DNA of 64,000 nucleotides from IMG/VR virus record IMGVR_UViG_3300006155_000013, positions 1-64,000 of that record; one strand, 5' to 3'. Origin of the DNA: a virus (lineage: Duplodnaviria; Caudoviricetes). Of the stretch, positions 35,353-43,611 are shown piece after piece (positions within the stretch are counted from its first letter, which is position 1; each line of letters begins with the position of its first letter). The notes under the pieces are model-generated. The model was not told the origin of the DNA and ran no database searches. It was given only the letters and a program-made list of their open reading frames with translations. A program made the position numbers and the translations under genes.

Positions 35353-35368
35353 GAGGAGGGACACGACC

Positions 35369-35554
35369 GTGAAGCTTTACAAATGCGAGACTATCGCCCA
35401 GTTCAAAATCGGCATGTGGCTGGTGGAGCAGGGCATCGAGCGGGAGGACATCCTGACGGCAGAGCTCTTGGGGCCCAACGAGGTCAAGATCACAAATCCA
35501 GCCGGACAGTATATGCACATCCGGTGGATGGGAGACCATGCGGAGATTGTCTGA
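35369..35554 (+). CDS. Small hypothetical protein
   Basis: RBS GAGGAGG, GTG start (MKLYKCET). Confidence 0.65.
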   Translation: MKLYKCETIAQFKIGMWLVEQGIEREDILTAELLGPNEVKITNPAGQYMHIRWMGDHAEIV

Positions 35555-35567
35555 GGAGGTGATCAGG

Positions 35568-35711
35568 ATGTACATCGTCAAGTAGTGCGACTGCGAGGGG
35601 AACCTCTATGAGCGGAAGTTCCGCACTATCCGCGCCGCCCGTGCAGAGGCGGAAGAGCTCCGAAAAAAGTACGATGGCGTGGAGATCGAGAAGGTGCCGG
35701 ACCGGCGGTAG
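35568..35711 (+). pseudogene. Small ORF interrupted by TAG at codon 6
   Basis: RBS GAGGAGGT; MYIVK*CDCEGNLYERKFRTIRAARAEAEELRKKY. Confidence 0.55.
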
Positions 35712-35714
35712 GCA

Positions 35715-35822
35715 CAAAGTTCCCCGGCAGGTACCCTAACACCTGCCGGGGGATGGAGGAAGCCGGGATTATCAGGTCCAGCCTCTTACTATGATTTTAG
35801 CACGGTTCGGGGCAGATTGCAA
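35715..35822 (-). ncRNA. Putative antisense sRNA cassette R3
   Basis: Minus TTGCAA(35822-17)-17-TGcTAAAAT(35799-94); 11-bp hairpin 35722-35752. Confidence 0.55.
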
Positions 35823-35832
35823 GGAGGAACGA

Positions 35833-36435
35833 ATGGAAGCAGAAAAATATTTGGTGCGCACACGCGCCCTCCGCTCCCAGAGGGATGTGTGGAAACAGGC
35901 GGCGGTGGGGGTGCTGGCCCTGTCCATCACGGGCAACATCGGGCTGTACGGCATCGCCTGTTCCCGGGAGGCGAGACACCGGGAGGAGACGGCACAGCTT
36001 CGCACAGAGCTCCGGCACGTGGAGGCGGTCCGGGACGACGCCCTGGAGGAGCTGGGCCGCATGGCCAACGACTACGCCCGGGAGAAGCTGGCCAGGCAGG
36101 AGCAGGCGGAGGCGTATGAGGCCGTGGGGGCCTGGGAGTACGTCGGAGAGTGTACCATCACCGCCTACTGCCCCTGCGCGGAGTGCTGCGGGCGCTGGGC
36201 GGACGGCGTGACGGCCTCCGGTCTTCCCGCAACGCCCGGCGTCGTCGCCGTGGACCCAGAAGTGATCCCGCTGGGGAGTACGGCCGTCATCGACGGTCAG
36301 CGCTACCTCGCCGCGGACACCGGGAGCGGCGTGGAGGGCCTGCATATCGACATCTGCATGGGCTCTCATGAGGAGACCGTGGCGCACGGGGTCCGGACGG
36401 CGGACGTGTGGGTGGCAAAGGAGGCGCAGCCATGA
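35833..36435 (+). CDS. Membrane-anchored 3D-domain (cell-wall hydrolase-like) protein
   Basis: TM helix, coiled coil, then TAY...TASG...VAVDP..IPLGS...ADTG..IDI. Confidence 0.88.
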   Translation: MEAEKYLVRTRALRSQRDVWKQAAVGVLALSITGNIGLYGIACSREARHREETAQLRTELRHVEAVRDDALEELGRMANDYAREKLARQEQAEAYEAVGAWEYVGECTITAYCPCAECCGRWADGVTASGLPATPGVVAVDPEVIPLGSTAVIDGQRYLAADTGSGVEGLHIDICMGSHEETVAHGVRTADVWVAKEAQP

Positions 36436-36680
36436 GCGGGATTTTCCAGCAGCTGAAGGAGGAGGCCCTCTACGCGCAGCGGTCCCTGTCCACAGAGCTG
36501 CTGTACCAGACCTACGGCGCGGCCAAGATGGCCCGGCATCTGGGGTTCATCACGAAGGAATCCTTTCTGGAGCTCAGCAGCATGACGGTCCGGTTCATGA
36601 ACACAGACCTCGCTTATCTCCGTCAGAAACAGATCGAATTTGCCGCGCTGCGCGGCATGAAGGAGGGCGCCCATGAGTGA
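36432..36680 (+). CDS. Hypothetical protein
   Basis: ATGA overlap; LLYQTYG...L. Confidence 0.7.
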   Translation: MSGIFQQLKEEALYAQRSLSTELLYQTYGAAKMARHLGFITKESFLELSSMTVRFMNTDLAYLRQKQIEFAALRGMKEGAHE

Positions 36681-37365
36681 GAGCAAAGCGGAGCGGGCCA
36701 GGGCGCTCCGGTATAAGCGGGGAGCGCTGGCCTCCATGGGCTTCGAGTTCCTTCGCGCTGATCTGGACGAAATCCGCGAGGCCTGCGACACCATCCACTG
36801 GTGGACCGACCAGGATGACGAGACCCTGCTAAACGCCTTGGACGGGGACGACGAAGACGTCTGGGAGTTCAAAATGGCCTTCGCCCACCTGGAGGCCAGG
36901 GCGGACGAGTTGCTTGAGACCATTTATGAGCTGTGCCGGTATGAGGATGATTTCGGTCAGGTCTACGATGACTGCACCGTGGCCCTCATCGGAAACCGCT
37001 ACCGCACCATCGGCTATGACGGCTTCGAGGAGGACTACTACGCCCTCACCGGCTATGAGCAGGAATTGGCCCAGACCGAATCGGGGAAGCGTCTCATGCG
37101 TAGGACCAAAGCGGAGATCCTATCCATCATCGGGCAGTGCTTTGGCATCCTTATCGCTTTCCTGGACCTGCGTCAGCAGTACGACTACCTCAAGGCCACC
37201 TTCGACATCCTGCGGGATGAGAACACCTCCATGCTCCAGCAGGTCAAGGAGATCGATGCCGCTTACAAGGCGATGGTCACGGCGGACTGGTCCGCACGGT
37301 CTGAGGCGGAAAAGAAGTTTGACCGCCTGCTGTCTGCCTTGCCGGACCGTGTGTGGGTGGAGTGA
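36673..37365 (+). CDS. Conserved acidic phage protein of unknown function
   Basis: 230 aa, coupled to its neighbours. Confidence 0.75.
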   Translation: MSESKAERARALRYKRGALASMGFEFLRADLDEIREACDTIHWWTDQDDETLLNALDGDDEDVWEFKMAFAHLEARADELLETIYELCRYEDDFGQVYDDCTVALIGNRYRTIGYDGFEEDYYALTGYEQELAQTESGKRLMRRTKAEILSIIGQCFGILIAFLDLRQQYDYLKATFDILRDENTSMLQQVKEIDAAYKAMVTADWSARSEAEKKFDRLLSALPDRVWVE

Positions 37366-37482
37366 GCGGGACCATGACCATCGGCCTGATCTCCGTGGAC
37401 GGCCAACCGGGTCAACAAAAAAAGTACGTTCAAAGCCTGTACCTGGGAGGAATTTCGGAGCGGGAAGAGGGAGGTGATTCAG

Positions 37483-38782
37483 GTGGAGCATTTTGGAGAC
37501 ATCAGGAGGCTGAACGGGTACGAGCTGCCAGCGATCGATGTGGTCATTGGTGGTTCACCGTGTTAGCCAGGACCTGTCTGTGGCGGGAAAACGGGCGGGC
37601 CTCGCCGGGGAACGGAGCGGCCTGTTCATGGAACAGATCAGGATCATCAAGGAAATGAGGGACGCGGATGCAGGCAGAGGACGGACAGGTCTCTTTGTTC
37701 GACCACGATTCATGGTGTGGGAGCAGGTCCCAGGAGCGTTCAGCTCCAAAAAAGGCGAGGACTTCCGGGCCGTCCTTGAGGAGACGGTCCGGATCGCAGA
37801 ACCGGACGCCCCCGACGTTCCACTACCTCCAAAAGGAAAGTGGCCAATGGCTGACTGCTGGATGGGGGACGGCTGGTCCGTCGCCTACAGAGTTCTCGAC
37901 GCACAATTTTGGGGAGTGCCCCAGCGCCGCCGCAGAATCGCGCTTGTCGCAGATTTTGGAGGACACGCCGCACCAGAAATACTATTTGTCCGCCAAGGCG
38001 TGTGCGGGGATCCTCCGGCGGGCGGAGCGGCGGGGGAAGAAACTGCCGCCGGAACTGGAGGCGGCGCTTATCCGGCAGTCGCGAGAAGCCTGACGGCCCG
38101 TCATGACGGGAGCCCGTGCGTGGACCGGGGACCAAATATTGTTGTGGCCGGATTCAAGCCCCATTCCGGAGTGTCCGCAGGGGGCATAGGGTATCAGGAG
38201 GAGACGGCACCTACCATCGACACGGGGAAACCAATGGCGGTCTACGATGCCCGGGGAAACGGAGACGGGAAAACTGCATGTACACTGACCGGGGACCACC
38301 AGAGCCGGGTGACGGACTACACGGCCATCGTCATGCGTCAGCACAACTTCGGCGAGTACCGAGAGGGTGTTGGGACGCTAACTGCGCACAACGGAACACG
38401 CCATGCGTCGGAGGCACTTGTAGTGGGCAGGAATGTCCGCCGTCTTACTCCCCTGGAATGTGAACGCCTCTAGGGCTACCCGGACGGATGGACCGATATC
38501 GGGCCGTGGACGGACAGCGCCGGGAAGCTCCACAGGGAGAGCAGTGACAGTGCCCGCTATACGGCGCTGGGAAACTCCATCGCCCTGCCGCCATGGAAAT
38601 GGGTGCTCAAACGACTGTGCGCCTGTTACGAGCGGAACGCTACCATGGCGAGCCTCTTTGACGGGATCGGCGGCTTCCCGCTGATCTGGGAGCGGCTGAA
38701 CGGACCGGGTTCCTGCCTGTGGACAAGCGAGATCGGCGAGTTCCCCGCCGCCGTGACAAAGAAAAGATTTTGCGGAAAGTGA
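37483..38782 (+). pseudogene. Circularly permuted C5-cytosine DNA methyltransferase, disrupted by a 4-bp insertion and a TAG
   Basis: GDI..., GGSPC/QDLS (motif IV), WEQVPG (VI), QRRRR (VIII), RRLTPLECERL*GYP (IX), LGNS (X), then FDGIGG (I) at the C-terminus. Confidence 0.88.
37668..38093 (+). CDS. Nested out-of-frame ORF resembling the beta polypeptide of two-chain C5 methyltransferases
   Basis: SRLSQILE...KYYLS.KAC.GILRRAERRGK.LP; RBS-like AAGGA upstream. Confidence 0.55.
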   Translation: MQAEDGQVSLFDHDSWCGSRSQERSAPKKARTSGPSLRRRSGSQNRTPPTFHYLQKESGQWLTAGWGTAGPSPTEFSTHNFGECPSAAAESRLSQILEDTPHQKYYLSAKACAGILRRAERRGKKLPPELEAALIRQSREA

Positions 38783-38793
38783 GGTGACAGCCG

Positions 38794-39048
38794 TTGAACA
38801 AAACAAAAATGCGGCGCTGCAAAAATTTCAACTGCGATAAAATGCGCGGTCATTACTGCTGCACCGACTGCGACCAAAGGAAGTCGTGCGCCAACCCGTG
38901 CCTGAACCACCCCACCCGGTGCGGTCTGTCTGAGGCCCCGCCGGTGAGGCCGGGACCGGACGGTAAGGGAGTGGCAAAAGCAGGCCCGCCAAGTAAACAC
39001 ACACCTGGCGGGCCAAAGGAAAAAAATAATAGGACACCTGCATTATAG
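38794..39048 (+). CDS. Cys-rich hypothetical protein
   Basis: CKNFNCD...CCTDC...C.NPCLNHP.RCG; RBS GAGGT. Confidence 0.6.
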   Translation: MNKTKMRRCKNFNCDKMRGHYCCTDCDQRKSCANPCLNHPTRCGLSEAPPVRPGPDGKGVAKAGPPSKHTPGGPKEKNNRTPAL

Positions 39049-39070
39049 CAGGCCGGAAAGGAAAATGCAA
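38975..39070 (-). ncRNA. Putative antisense sRNA cassette R4
   Basis: Minus TTGCAT(39070-65)-17-TGcTATAAT(39047-42); hairpin 38983-39014 followed by UGCUUUUG. Confidence 0.55.
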
Positions 39071-40386
39071 TGTCGTCAGTAAAAATCACCCAATTTGAGG
39101 CGGAGAACGTCAAGCGGATCAAGGCGCTGACGCTGACGCCGGCGGAAAACGGCCTCACGGTCATTGGGGGCCGCAACAACCAGGGCAAAACAAGCAGTCT
39201 GGACGCCATCGTCTGGGCCCTGGGCGGGGAGCGCTACAGGCCCTCCCAGGCGGTCCGGGAGGGCTCGGTGATCCCGCCCAGGATGCGCATGGAGCTGAGC
39301 AACGGCGTCGTGGTGGAGCGCTCCGGGAAAAACAGCGACCTGAAGGTCACCGACACCCGGGGCCGCAGGGCCGGACAGACCCTGCTCAACTCCTTTGTGG
39401 AGGAGTTGGCCCTCAATATGCCCAAATTCATGCAGTCCACCAGCAGGGAAAAGGCCGATACCCTCCTGCGCATCATCGGTCTGGAGGACCAGGTGCGCGC
39501 GCTGGAGCGGGAGGAAAAAGAGCTCTATGACCGGCGGCGGGCCGTGGGTCAGCTCTACGAGCAGAAAGCCAAGTATGCCGAGGAGCTCCCCTCGTGGCCC
39601 GACGCCCCCTCGGAGCCCGTCTCCGCCCTGGAGCTCATCCACCGTCAGCAGGACATCCTCGCCCGCAACGGCGAGAACCAGCGCAAGCGGGACCGGGCCA
39701 AAAAGCTGGACGAGCAGTGCGCCATCGCAAAGGAGCAGATGGAGGACCTGGAGAAGCGCCTCAGAGAGGCGCGGGAGAAGTACCTGAGCCTTTGCGCCGA
39801 CTGTGAGACCGCCCGGCGGGACGCCCTGGACCTCCAGGACGAATCTACCGAGGAGCTGGAGCAGAGCCTCCGGGACGTCGAGGCGGTCAACGTCAAAGTC
39901 CGCACCAACCAGGACAAGGCCCGGGCCGTGGCGGAGGCGAAGCAGTACAGCGACCAGTACGCCGCCCTCACCGAGGAGCTGGAGACGGTGCGGCAGAAGA
40001 AGCTGGACCTCCTCAATGGCGCGGACCTGCCCCTGCCGGGGCTCTCGGTGGAGGACGGGGAGCTCACCTACCAGGGCCGCCCCTGGGACTGCATGAGCGG
40101 GAGCGACCAGCTCAAGGTCTCCACCGCCATCGTCCGGGCGCTGAAGCCTGAGTGCGGCTTCGTGCTCCTGGACAAGCTGGAGCAGATGGACTTGCAGACC
40201 CTCCGGGAGTTCTCCGCCTGGATGGAGGCCGAAGGGTTGCAGGGCATCGCCACCCGGGTCAGCACCGGGGAGGAGTGCAGTATCATCATTGAGGACGGGT
40301 GCGCAACTGCGCCCGCAGGGGACGGCCTCTGCGCCGTCCCGCCCCCCGCGCCCGTCCAGCCCGCCTGGCAGAAAGGAGTATTCTAA
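39070..40386 (+). CDS. SMC/SbcC-like AAA ATPase
   Basis: N-terminal Walker A GRNNQGKTS, long coiled coil, MSGS signature, VLLDKLE Walker B. Confidence 0.9.
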   Translation: MSSVKITQFEAENVKRIKALTLTPAENGLTVIGGRNNQGKTSSLDAIVWALGGERYRPSQAVREGSVIPPRMRMELSNGVVVERSGKNSDLKVTDTRGRRAGQTLLNSFVEELALNMPKFMQSTSREKADTLLRIIGLEDQVRALEREEKELYDRRRAVGQLYEQKAKYAEELPSWPDAPSEPVSALELIHRQQDILARNGENQRKRDRAKKLDEQCAIAKEQMEDLEKRLREAREKYLSLCADCETARRDALDLQDESTEELEQSLRDVEAVNVKVRTNQDKARAVAEAKQYSDQYAALTEELETVRQKKLDLLNGADLPLPGLSVEDGELTYQGRPWDCMSGSDQLKVSTAIVRALKPECGFVLLDKLEQMDLQTLREFSAWMEAEGLQGIATRVSTGEECSIIIEDGCATAPAGDGLCAVPPPAPVQPAWQKGVF

Positions 40387-41441
40387 TGCAGATCATCACC
40401 GGAAAACAGGCCGGAGCGCTGAAAACCGTCATTTACGGCCCGGAGGGCATCGGGAAGAGCACCCTCGCCGCCCGGTTCCCCCGCCCCGTGTTCATCGACA
40501 CCGAGGGCTCTACCCGGCACATGGATGTCTCCCGGATGGAGAAGCCCTCCAGCTGGACCATGCTCCAGGAGCAGGTGCGCTACATCCGCGACACGCCGGG
40601 CCTCTGCGGCACGCTGGTCATCGACACCGCCGACTGGGCGGAACAGCTCTGCATCAGAAGCATCTGCGCCAGTAAGGAGATCGGCGGCATTGAGGACCTG
40701 GGCTACGGCAGGGGGTACGTCTATCTCGCCGAGGAGTTCGGCAAGCTCCTCAACCTCCTGGAGGAGGTGGTGGAGCGGGGCGTCCATGTGGTCCTCACCG
40801 CCCACGCCATGATGCGCAAATTTGAACAGCCCGACGAGATGGGTGCCTACGACCGCTGGGAGCTGAAACTCCAGAAGAAGACCGCGCCGTTGGTCAAGGA
40901 GTGGTCGGACCTGCTCCTCTTCGCCAACTACAAGACCCTGTCCGTAGCCGCGGACAAGGAGGGGAAGAAGTTCAAGGCCCAGGGGGGCCGCAGGGTGCTC
41001 TACACCGCCCACCACCCCTGCTGGGACGCGAAAAACCGCCTGGGCCTCCCCGAGGAGCTCCCCCTGGACTTTGACGCCCTCGCGCCCTACATCTTCCCGG
41101 CTGCGCCCGCACATACGGCCCCCACGCCCGCGCCGGTCCCTGTACCGGCCCCCCCGCCGGAGCCTGTACCAGACCCCGCGCCGGAGCCCGCCCCCGCGCC
41201 CGAACCCCCGCCCGTCACCCGCCCCGATTCGGACGTCCCCGCCGTACTCCTGCCCCTGCTGGAGAGCGCCCACGTCACCGAGGACGAGGTCCGGGACGTG
41301 ATCGCCCAGAAGGGCTACTTCACCAAGGACACCCCCTGGTCCGCCATGGAGAGCGCGGGGTTCGTGGAGGGCTGGGTGCTCCCCTGGTGGGAGAAGATCG
41401 TCGAGATCATCGAAAATGATCCCGACCGGTTGCCTTTCTAA
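40386..41441 (+). CDS. Sak4-like (AAA_24) recombinase/annealing NTPase with a Pro-rich linker
   Basis: YGPEGIGKST, FIDTEG, LVIDTADW. Confidence 0.88.
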   Translation: MQIITGKQAGALKTVIYGPEGIGKSTLAARFPRPVFIDTEGSTRHMDVSRMEKPSSWTMLQEQVRYIRDTPGLCGTLVIDTADWAEQLCIRSICASKEIGGIEDLGYGRGYVYLAEEFGKLLNLLEEVVERGVHVVLTAHAMMRKFEQPDEMGAYDRWELKLQKKTAPLVKEWSDLLLFANYKTLSVAADKEGKKFKAQGGRRVLYTAHHPCWDAKNRLGLPEELPLDFDALAPYIFPAAPAHTAPTPAPVPVPAPPPEPVPDPAPEPAPAPEPPPVTRPDSDVPAVLLPLLESAHVTEDEVRDVIAQKGYFTKDTPWSAMESAGFVEGWVLPWWEKIVEIIENDPDRLPF

Positions 41442-41497
41442 GTACAACTTTTTTCAGATTTTGACCCTATGTATATCAAAATACAGGAGGTACCCCT

Positions 41498-42010
41498 ATG
41501 AACCAATACGATTCCACCTCTCGGGAGTTCGGCTGGGACGACGAGATCCAGCGGGACGACACTTTCCAAGTCCTCCCCGAGGGCGATTACCGCTTCACTG
41601 TCACCCGCTTCGAGCGGGCCCGCCACTCGGGCAGTGAGAAGATCCCCGCCTGCCCTAAAGCCGTCCTCACCGTAGCCGTCAGCAACGCCGGGGCCTCCGG
41701 CGAGGTGCAGACGAACCTCTTCCTCCACAGCAAATTCGAGTGGAAGCTCTGTCAGTTCTTCGTCTCCATCGGTCAGCGCAAGCACGGCGAGGCCATGCAC
41801 ATGAACTGGAGCGCCGTGCCCGGGTCCGGCGGCGTGTGCCATGTGTGCGTGCGCAAGTGGACCGGAAACGACGGCAAAGAGCGGGAGAGCAACGAGATCA
41901 CCGAGTTCTACGACCCGGAGAACGCCCCCCAGGTGGCGTCGCCCCAGCAGAAGACCTGGACCGAAGTGCCCCAGGGCGGCCCCACCCCCTGGAGTAAGGG
42001 GAGCTTCTGA
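41498..42010 (+). CDS. DUF669-like single-stranded DNA-binding protein
   Basis: FQVLPEGDY.F.V..FER; typical partner of Sak4. Confidence 0.8.
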   Translation: MNQYDSTSREFGWDDEIQRDDTFQVLPEGDYRFTVTRFERARHSGSEKIPACPKAVLTVAVSNAGASGEVQTNLFLHSKFEWKLCQFFVSIGQRKHGEAMHMNWSAVPGSGGVCHVCVRKWTGNDGKERESNEITEFYDPENAPQVASPQQKTWTEVPQGGPTPWSKGSF

Positions 42011-43608
42011 TGGAGCTGAGACCCTATCAGGAGGAGGCCCGGCGGGCCGTGGAGGGGGACTGGGAGGGGGATTTTCTGCGGACCCTCCTGGTGCTCCCCA
42101 CCGGGTGCGGGAAGACCATCGTCTTCTCCAAGATCATTGAGGATATGGTCCGGCAGGGGGACCGGTGCCTCATCCTCGCCCACCGTGGAGAGCTCCTGGA
42201 CCAGGCCGCCGACAAGCTCCTGAAGGCCACGGGCCTGCGCTGCGCCGTAGAAAAAGCGGAGGAGACCTGTCTCGGGAGCTGGTACCGGGTGGCGGTGGGG
42301 TCGGTGCAGAGCCTGCAAAGGCCCTCCCGCCTCGCCCGGTTTGAGGAGGACCACTTCGGCTGTATCGTCGTGGACGAGGCCCACCACGTCCTCTCAGACG
42401 GCTATCAACGGGTCCTGGAGCACTTCCCAGACGCGAAGGTGCTGGGCGTTACAGCCACCCCGGACCGGGGGGATATGAGAAACCTGGGGCAGTACTTCGA
42501 GCATTTGGCCTACGAGTACACGCTCCCCAGGGCCATCCGGGACAGGTACCTGTGCCCTATCAAGGCCGTCACCATCCCTCTGCAACTGGACCTCTCAGGC
42601 GTGGGCGTCCAGGGAGGAGACTTCAAATCATCAGACATTGACACCGCCCTGGACCCCTACTTATACCAGATCGCCTCAGAAATGCGGCAGTACTGCAAGG
42701 ACCGGAGGACCGTGGTGTTCCTGCCCCTGGTGAAGACCTCCCAAAAGTTCCGCGACATCCTGGAGCAGAACGGCTTCCGGGCGGCGGAGGTCAACGGGAA
42801 CAGTCAGGACCGGGCGGAAATTCTCCGGGACTTCGAGGCGGGACGCTACGACGTGCTCTGCAACTCCATGCTCCTCACCGAGGGCTGGGACTGCCCGGCG
42901 GTGGACTGCGTGGTGGTCCTGCGTCCTACGAAGGTGAGAAGCCTCTACAGTCAGATGGTGGGGCGGGGTACGAGGCTCCATCCCGGCAAAGAGGACCTGC
43001 TCCTCCTGGACTTCCTGTGGCACACCGAGCGCCACGAGCTGTGCCGTCCGGCGTCGCTGATCTGCGAGGACGCGGCGGTGGCGCAGAAAATGACGGAGAT
43101 CATCGAGAAGGCGGGCGCACCCCTGGACATCGAAGAGGCGGAGCGTCAGGCCGGGGAGGACGTGGTGGCGGCGCGGGAGGAATCCCTCGCCAAACAGCTC
43201 TCCGAGATGCGCTCCAGAAAGCGGAAGCTGGTGGACCCCCTGCAATTCGAGATGTCCATCGCAGCGGCGGACCTCTCCGGGTACGTCCCCGCCTTTGGCT
43301 GGGAGATGGGCCCGCCTACGGAGAAACAGCGCTCAGCCCTGGAGAAATTCGGCATCTTCCCGGACGAGATCGATAGCGCGGGAAAGGCGTCGGCGCTCCT
43401 GGACCGGCTCTCAAAGCGCCGGACAGAGGGGCTCTCCACGCCCCGGCAGATCCGGGTGCTGGAGAACTTCGGCTTCCGCAACGTTGGGACCTGGCCTTTC
43501 CAGGACGCCAAGCATATGATCGACCGCATGGCCGCGGGAGGCCGGGGCGGGCGGTGGAGAGTGCCCTCCGGCGTTGACCCGGCGACATATGTTCCTGTGG
43601 GGATGTAA
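42010..43608 (+). CDS. SF2 DEAD/DEAH helicase
   Basis: LPTGCGKT, DEAHH, TATP, QMVGRGTR. Confidence 0.95.
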   Translation: MELRPYQEEARRAVEGDWEGDFLRTLLVLPTGCGKTIVFSKIIEDMVRQGDRCLILAHRGELLDQAADKLLKATGLRCAVEKAEETCLGSWYRVAVGSVQSLQRPSRLARFEEDHFGCIVVDEAHHVLSDGYQRVLEHFPDAKVLGVTATPDRGDMRNLGQYFEHLAYEYTLPRAIRDRYLCPIKAVTIPLQLDLSGVGVQGGDFKSSDIDTALDPYLYQIASEMRQYCKDRRTVVFLPLVKTSQKFRDILEQNGFRAAEVNGNSQDRAEILRDFEAGRYDVLCNSMLLTEGWDCPAVDCVVVLRPTKVRSLYSQMVGRGTRLHPGKEDLLLLDFLWHTERHELCRPASLICEDAAVAQKMTEIIEKAGAPLDIEEAERQAGEDVVAAREESLAKQLSEMRSRKRKLVDPLQFEMSIAAADLSGYVPAFGWEMGPPTEKQRSALEKFGIFPDEIDSAGKASALLDRLSKRRTEGLSTPRQIRVLENFGFRNVGTWPFQDAKHMIDRMAAGGRGGRWRVPSGVDPATYVPVGM

Positions 43609-43611
43609 CCG

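Noticed and set aside
37374-37480. Short ORF start MTIGLISVDG before the methyltransferase
   Set aside because: Looks like a few codons left from another gene; the frame degenerates at once, so it is not called
41445-41490. ATTTTGA...TCAAAAT inverted repeat before the SSB gene as a seventh antisense cassette
   Set aside because: No properly spaced -35/-10 pair on the minus strand and no GC-rich terminator hairpin
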